A stretch of 63,741 nucleotides of DNA, the filler included, from Olpidium bornovanus S191 (Eukaryota; Fungi; Olpidiomycota): the NCBI GenBank assembly GCA_017911155.1. It is 21 parts of 21 records of this genome, joined end to end, with 100 filler letters (N's around TTAATTAATTAA, not from the genome) between each part and the next. Parts side by side here need not be neighbours in the genome. Positions count along the whole stretch, not along the records: positions 59,252 to 62,472 come from JAEFCI010005886.1; positions 62,573 to 63,741 come from JAEFCI010002973.1; 19 more parts are not named here. One strand, written 5' to 3'. The notes under the pieces are model-generated. The model saw only the letters and a list, made by a program, of their open reading frames with translations. It ran no database searches and had not been told where the DNA came from. The translations under genes were made by a program, and so were the position numbers. Positions 59,853 to 63,741 of this stretch are shown here, piece by piece. Position 1 is the stretch's first letter. Every line of letters begins with the position of its first letter.

Positions 59853-60422
59853 TTCGCCGAGGAAGTTTTGGACCGGCGTCTCGGGGGTGGGCTCGTCCCG
59901 ACTTCACGGACAAGAGTTTTGGGTTATCGTTCTGCGTTTTGCGGCTTGTTCCTTTTTTTGCTTTTTTTTTGTCTTTTTTTTTTTTTTTTTTTTTTGCGCC
60001 GCGGACGGAAAACGTCGGGAGTTTTCGTCGCCGTTCATAATTCCGCACAAACTCGCGAATTTTTCCGACTTTTAATTTTTTTTTTTTTTTTGTTGGGGGG
60101 GTTTTTTTTTTCAGTGGTTTTGAACACCGTCATTATTTTTTTTTCTCCCCCTTTCGCGCCCCCTTCCTCCGCCCTAGCAACCGGAAGAAGAAAAGAAAAT
60201 AATTTCGAAGGGTTTGGCGGCCGGGTCACGTGCGTCGGGCAGGAAACGCGCGCGCGTCGTCCGCCGCCGGGCGCGCGGCAATGCCCGAACGACGCCGGGG
60301 GCGAAAGGGGACCCGTCTTGGTCGCCGGGCCGCCGCAACGAGATCGGGAGAGCCCCAAACTCACGCTCCCCGATCGCTGGCGCGCGGCGCCGCCCCCCCG
60401 CACCGCGTTTGGCGCTGCGGCG

Positions 60423-60534
60423 GCAGCGCGGCGGCCCAGAATGTTTCCACAACAGGGGTTTTTGCCGCACCGCGCTCCGGGCACCGGGGGCCCGCAGCGC
60501 GGCTGCCCAGAATGTTTCCCCGACAGGGTTTTGC
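60423..60534. repeat. About 42-bp direct repeat (2 copies, 71-bp period) in the DRC10/PP28 divergent intergenic region
   Basis: GCAGCGCGGC(G/T)GCCCAGAATGTTTCC(A/C)C(A/G)ACAGGG(G)TTTT(T)GC occurs twice. Confidence 0.88.
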
Positions 60535-61396
60535 GAATGTCCCCGTTCGCGGCGAAGCGCAACGCCCGGCTCCGCGCAGCGACAGGCGACCAGCATCCGC
60601 CCGACCGCCTGCCGCATCCGCGCCCCCTCGCCCGGCGACCACCTCCCGGGGGCGTTTCGTCCCCCTGCGCAACGCACCCGACGCAGCACAGTGCGCGCCG
60701 CAGCTGCCTCCTTCCCCCACCCCCCCCTCACCCCCGCGGGCAGCTGCTCCACAACCCGCGCCCGCCGTGCGCACGAATGCACGACGCCGGGCGCCCTTCT
60801 CGGCACGGGAGCGGCGGGGAAAAGTTTTGGAAAAGTTTCCTCGAAACGCAGCATAGTTGCGCCGCCGACGATTTTGCAAGGCTTGCCCCCGAGCACCGTC
60901 CTACGGACGCAGCTTTCGTTCGCGAATCCTCAGCCTCGCGCTCACGGCGAAGCCCGCGGGCGGAGCAATGGGGGCAGAGCAACCGATTCGACGGCACGTG
61001 CGAGACGCGGTCGGCGCGGGGCCGGGCCGCGATCATTACGACAGCATCCCCTGGATCTCGCCAACCCGCGGGCACGCGAGGTTTTCTCCGACGAGCAGAA
61101 CGGAAAACCGTTTCCGAAAATCCTTCCCACCCTGCTCCTGGCAGTCAGGCGCGCGGCTTGCGTGGTTCAAGGTCGGGTGCGACGTCGCCGGCCCCTCGCG
61201 TGATTTTCCGCTTGGGAAAAGCCCGCGCACCGTAGTTGGGATCCCTGGGGCGACTGGCTCTCCTCTGGCGGTAGGACCGAAGTTTTTCCCGCTTTCGCCA
61301 GCGTCAAAAGCCAGGCCCGGACCTGCCCACCCGCCCCCCCCCCTCCGCCCCGAAACCAATTCCCACCGCAGAAACAATCCCCGAGGCGAGCCTGCG

Positions 61397-62472
61397 ATGG
61401 CGATCGGAAAGTTCAAGCACAAGCGGGGCGGAGGCCGCTCCTTTTCGAGCAGGTGCGACGACGTGGAGGGGGCGGACCCGTTCAAGGTCAGTGTTCCCTC
61501 GCGGCTCCCCTCCCGGCCACGTCCGCACCGGCGCGACTCGTTCCGCCGAGGTGGCGAACCCCCTTTGAAACCTCCGCCTGCCGCGCCAGGGTCGAAAAAG
61601 CCCGTCGTCGGAGTCGGCGAGCGACAGCGACTCCGATTCTGCGGAGTCGGACGGAAGCGACTCGGACGACGTGAAGAACAAGCCCCGCTTTGCCGACAAC
61701 AAGGCGTTCGGGAACACCGAAGAGGTGCGGGCTTCCCTTTTTATTTTTTTCATCGCAGTTCGCGTCCGCGACGTGCGCTCGGAGCCGGCCTCGCACCCAC
61801 ATGCACACCTGCGTGCCGAAGGGGAGGGCTGAGCGGTGGCGTGGGTGTTCTCCGGCCGGGCGAGAACCCGCGGCCGTCCCGGCCTCCGCGGGGAGTTTAT
61901 TCGAGCCGAGAACGTTATTTGCTCTGCACAGCCGTCTGCAGGCGCTGCAACGGATGCCAAGGTCCAAACAATAGTCGATAGCGAGAATCCGAACCGGGTG
62001 AAGAAGGTCGCTTTCAAGACGCCCACCCTGTCGTCTGCACCTCAGCAACTCTCGAGGAGAGAACGGTAAGGGCCGCCTGCCGCCGTTTTTTCGGGGGAAG
62101 GGGGGTGGAGAAAGGCTCAGAGCGCGCTCTCACCTGCGAAGCATGTCCCGCGCACGACCAGCGAGGCGGTTGAGAAAGAAGCGGCCAAGGCGCGGTACTG
62201 GGAGCTGCACAAGGCGGGAAAGACTGATGAGGCGAAGTCCGACCTTGCTCGGCTGGCCGAGGTCAGGCGGCAACGGGAGGAAGCCAAGGCCCAGCGCGAG
62301 GCGGAAGCTGCAGGTGATCGCGCCTTTTCCTTTTTATTTTGCGGGGGTCGTCTTCCCGTGCAGCGGCAGCGCGGCCCGTCGATCAACTCACCGCTGACCC
62401 GGGGTCTCGCGTCTGTGCCCCTCTCCAGCGAAAGCGCTTGCCGCCAAGGAGAAGATTGCGGCCAGGAAGAGG
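61397..62472 (+). CDS. PDAP1: PP28/PDAP1 casein kinase substrate phosphoprotein, multi-exon, 3' truncated
   Basis: M..GKFKHKRGGGRSFS, ENPNRVKK and LSRRER|EAVEKEAAKARYWELHKAGKTDEAKSDLARLAEVRRQREEA. Confidence 0.9.
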
Positions 62473-63397
62473 NNNNNNNNNNNNNNNNNNNNNNNNNNNN
62501 NNNNNNNNNNNNNNNNTTAATTAATTAANNNNNNNNNNNNNNNNNNNNNNNNNNNNNNNNNNNNNNNNNNNNCATGATGGTTGTACTGTACTCTATAACG
62601 CGTAAAATCCCTTTTGAATAAAGGAGCCGCACCACTGCGGCAAAACCTTTCAAACACTTTTTAGTCCGGATTTGGAGATTTTCACTAAATATTTTTACGG
62701 ATCAAAACAGTCCGTTTTCAATTAGCCTAAGTAATCGATGAAAATCTCGAAAACAGGGATGATAGGGGGTACACCTTTTGGTTCGCCGGCAACCGCGATT
62801 TCTTTTTGCAGTTTGTTATTTCTCCGTCAAAAGTTCGTCACAGCTAGGTGTCTTTGGGTTTTTCCGGGTCAATAACAGCCCGTTTGTTGAAACAATCGAA
62901 GAAAATCTTGATAACAGATGATAGGGGGGTTTTCCCCAGCGAGTTGGAGCAAGCACGGGGCAGCCGGCACTGGCTGGGCTATCCTCGTCGTGAACGACAA
63001 CGCGCCTGACACAGACACCGGTGCTTTCACGTAACAATTTTTCGGCCTTTTCAACGTGCGACTGAAACGCGCCGCGGTCGAGCGTCTCGATGGATGACAC
63101 AGCGGGAGGCGGGGGGGTGTTCACACCAAGAGCCGCCGCCGGTCGGTCGTCATCCTTTTAAAAAAGAAAACAAAAGATGGGTTTAGTCCCGCCACGGGCC
63201 CGGTGTACTGCGCGCAGTAAAGCTTTTGCCTTTCGTTTCCAAGCGTTGCCATCATCCTAAAAACAAAAAAAGGTCGGTTTACTTTCTACGCCCATCCCGC
63301 TGTACTGCGCGCAGTAGAGCCGTTGACGTTTGTTTCCGCGCGTTGGCGTCCCTCGTTTTCCGACGAGCCTCAGCCGGAGCTTCGTGTGCCACGAAAT

Positions 63398-63739
63398 TTA
63401 CTCATCGCTGAGGACGAGCACCGACATTTTCTTTGCGCGGCGATTTTTGCCTGTCATGTTGAGGCGGGTCTTGTCAGTGTTCCCCCCGCTCCTCTTCATC
63501 TTCGTTTTCTTCCCGCTCGTCTTCGCGTTCATCCACTGGGGGGTCCCCCCGTTTTTCTTCATATTCTTCTTCGTCCCGCTCTTCTTTGCGTCGTTCCGCC
63601 GAGTGGTCGCGCTGGTCTTCTTTGCGCCGGTCTTCTTCACGCCGTTCGGGCGTATGTCCGCGCCCTTACCCGACGGCCACGACCAGATTATGTGCGCCCT
63701 GCACCGGCACCTGCCTTTTCGCTTTAACGATGAATGCAT
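63398..63739 (-). CDS. Possible charged low-complexity ORF
   Basis: 113-codon Lys-rich frame overlapping a Glu/Arg-rich frame. No family recognised. Confidence 0.2.
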   Translation of the reverse strand: MHSSLKRKGRCRCRAHIIWSWPSGKGADIRPNGVKKTGAKKTSATTRRNDAKKSGTKKNMKKNGGTPQWMNAKTSGKKTKMKRSGGNTDKTRLNMTGKNRRAKKMSVLVLSDE

Positions 63740-63741
63740 GG

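Noticed and set aside
60168-60181. RFX X-box upstream of DRC10
   Set aside because: Only the half-site TAGCAAC is present. A similar candidate near the IQ gene (43942-43956) also mismatches the consensus.
1-63741. A gene cluster or system spanning the window
   Set aside because: Segments are separate contigs joined by artificial linkers, so only neighbours within one contig can be interpreted.

Overview
This window is not one genomic locus. It is 21 unrelated short contigs joined by 20 identical 100-bp artificial linkers (N44-TTAATTAATTAA-N44, stops in all six frames), so adjacency across a linker means nothing biologically. The DNA is eukaryotic and intron-rich (GT-AG introns), with very GC-rich exons and long homopolymer and (GA)/(CT) tracts in introns and intergenic DNA. 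Gene content is fungal (Ptc1, Cdc25-type RasGEF, Msy1-like MscS, Nsr1-like, Mucorales-type CotH), and a dynein-regulatory-complex gene (DRC10/IQCD) is present. The source is therefore most likely a flagellated (zoosporic) early-diverging fungus; an Olpidium-like organism is my guess. Recognisable genes, mostly truncated by contig ends: DHTKD1-type 2-oxoacid dehydrogenase E1, NTPCR-type NTPase, E. coli-type TatD, TGFBRAP1/Vps3, Brr2, Ku70 C-terminus, Ptc1, nucleolin/Nsr1, TRIP4/Rqt4, a DUF5672 protein, CotH, MscS, ArgRS, an IQ-motif protein, Rpe1, RasGEF, DRC10 and PP28. Mobile DNA includes a decayed intron-containing pogo/Tigger transposase interrupted by a solo LTR, two Ty3/gypsy-like gag copies sharing a primer-binding site, a copia RNase H relic and two hAT-like ends. 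I found no operon-like, CRISPR or other clearly new multi-gene system. The best leads are a secreted Mucorales-invasin-like CotH kinase in a flagellated fungus, a tail-anchored protein built from a novel 50-aa repeat, CpG-specific decay of transposons, a primer-binding site that predicts the host initiator tRNA end, and a convergent NTPase-TatD pair. Splice coordinates were read by eye; no database searches were run.
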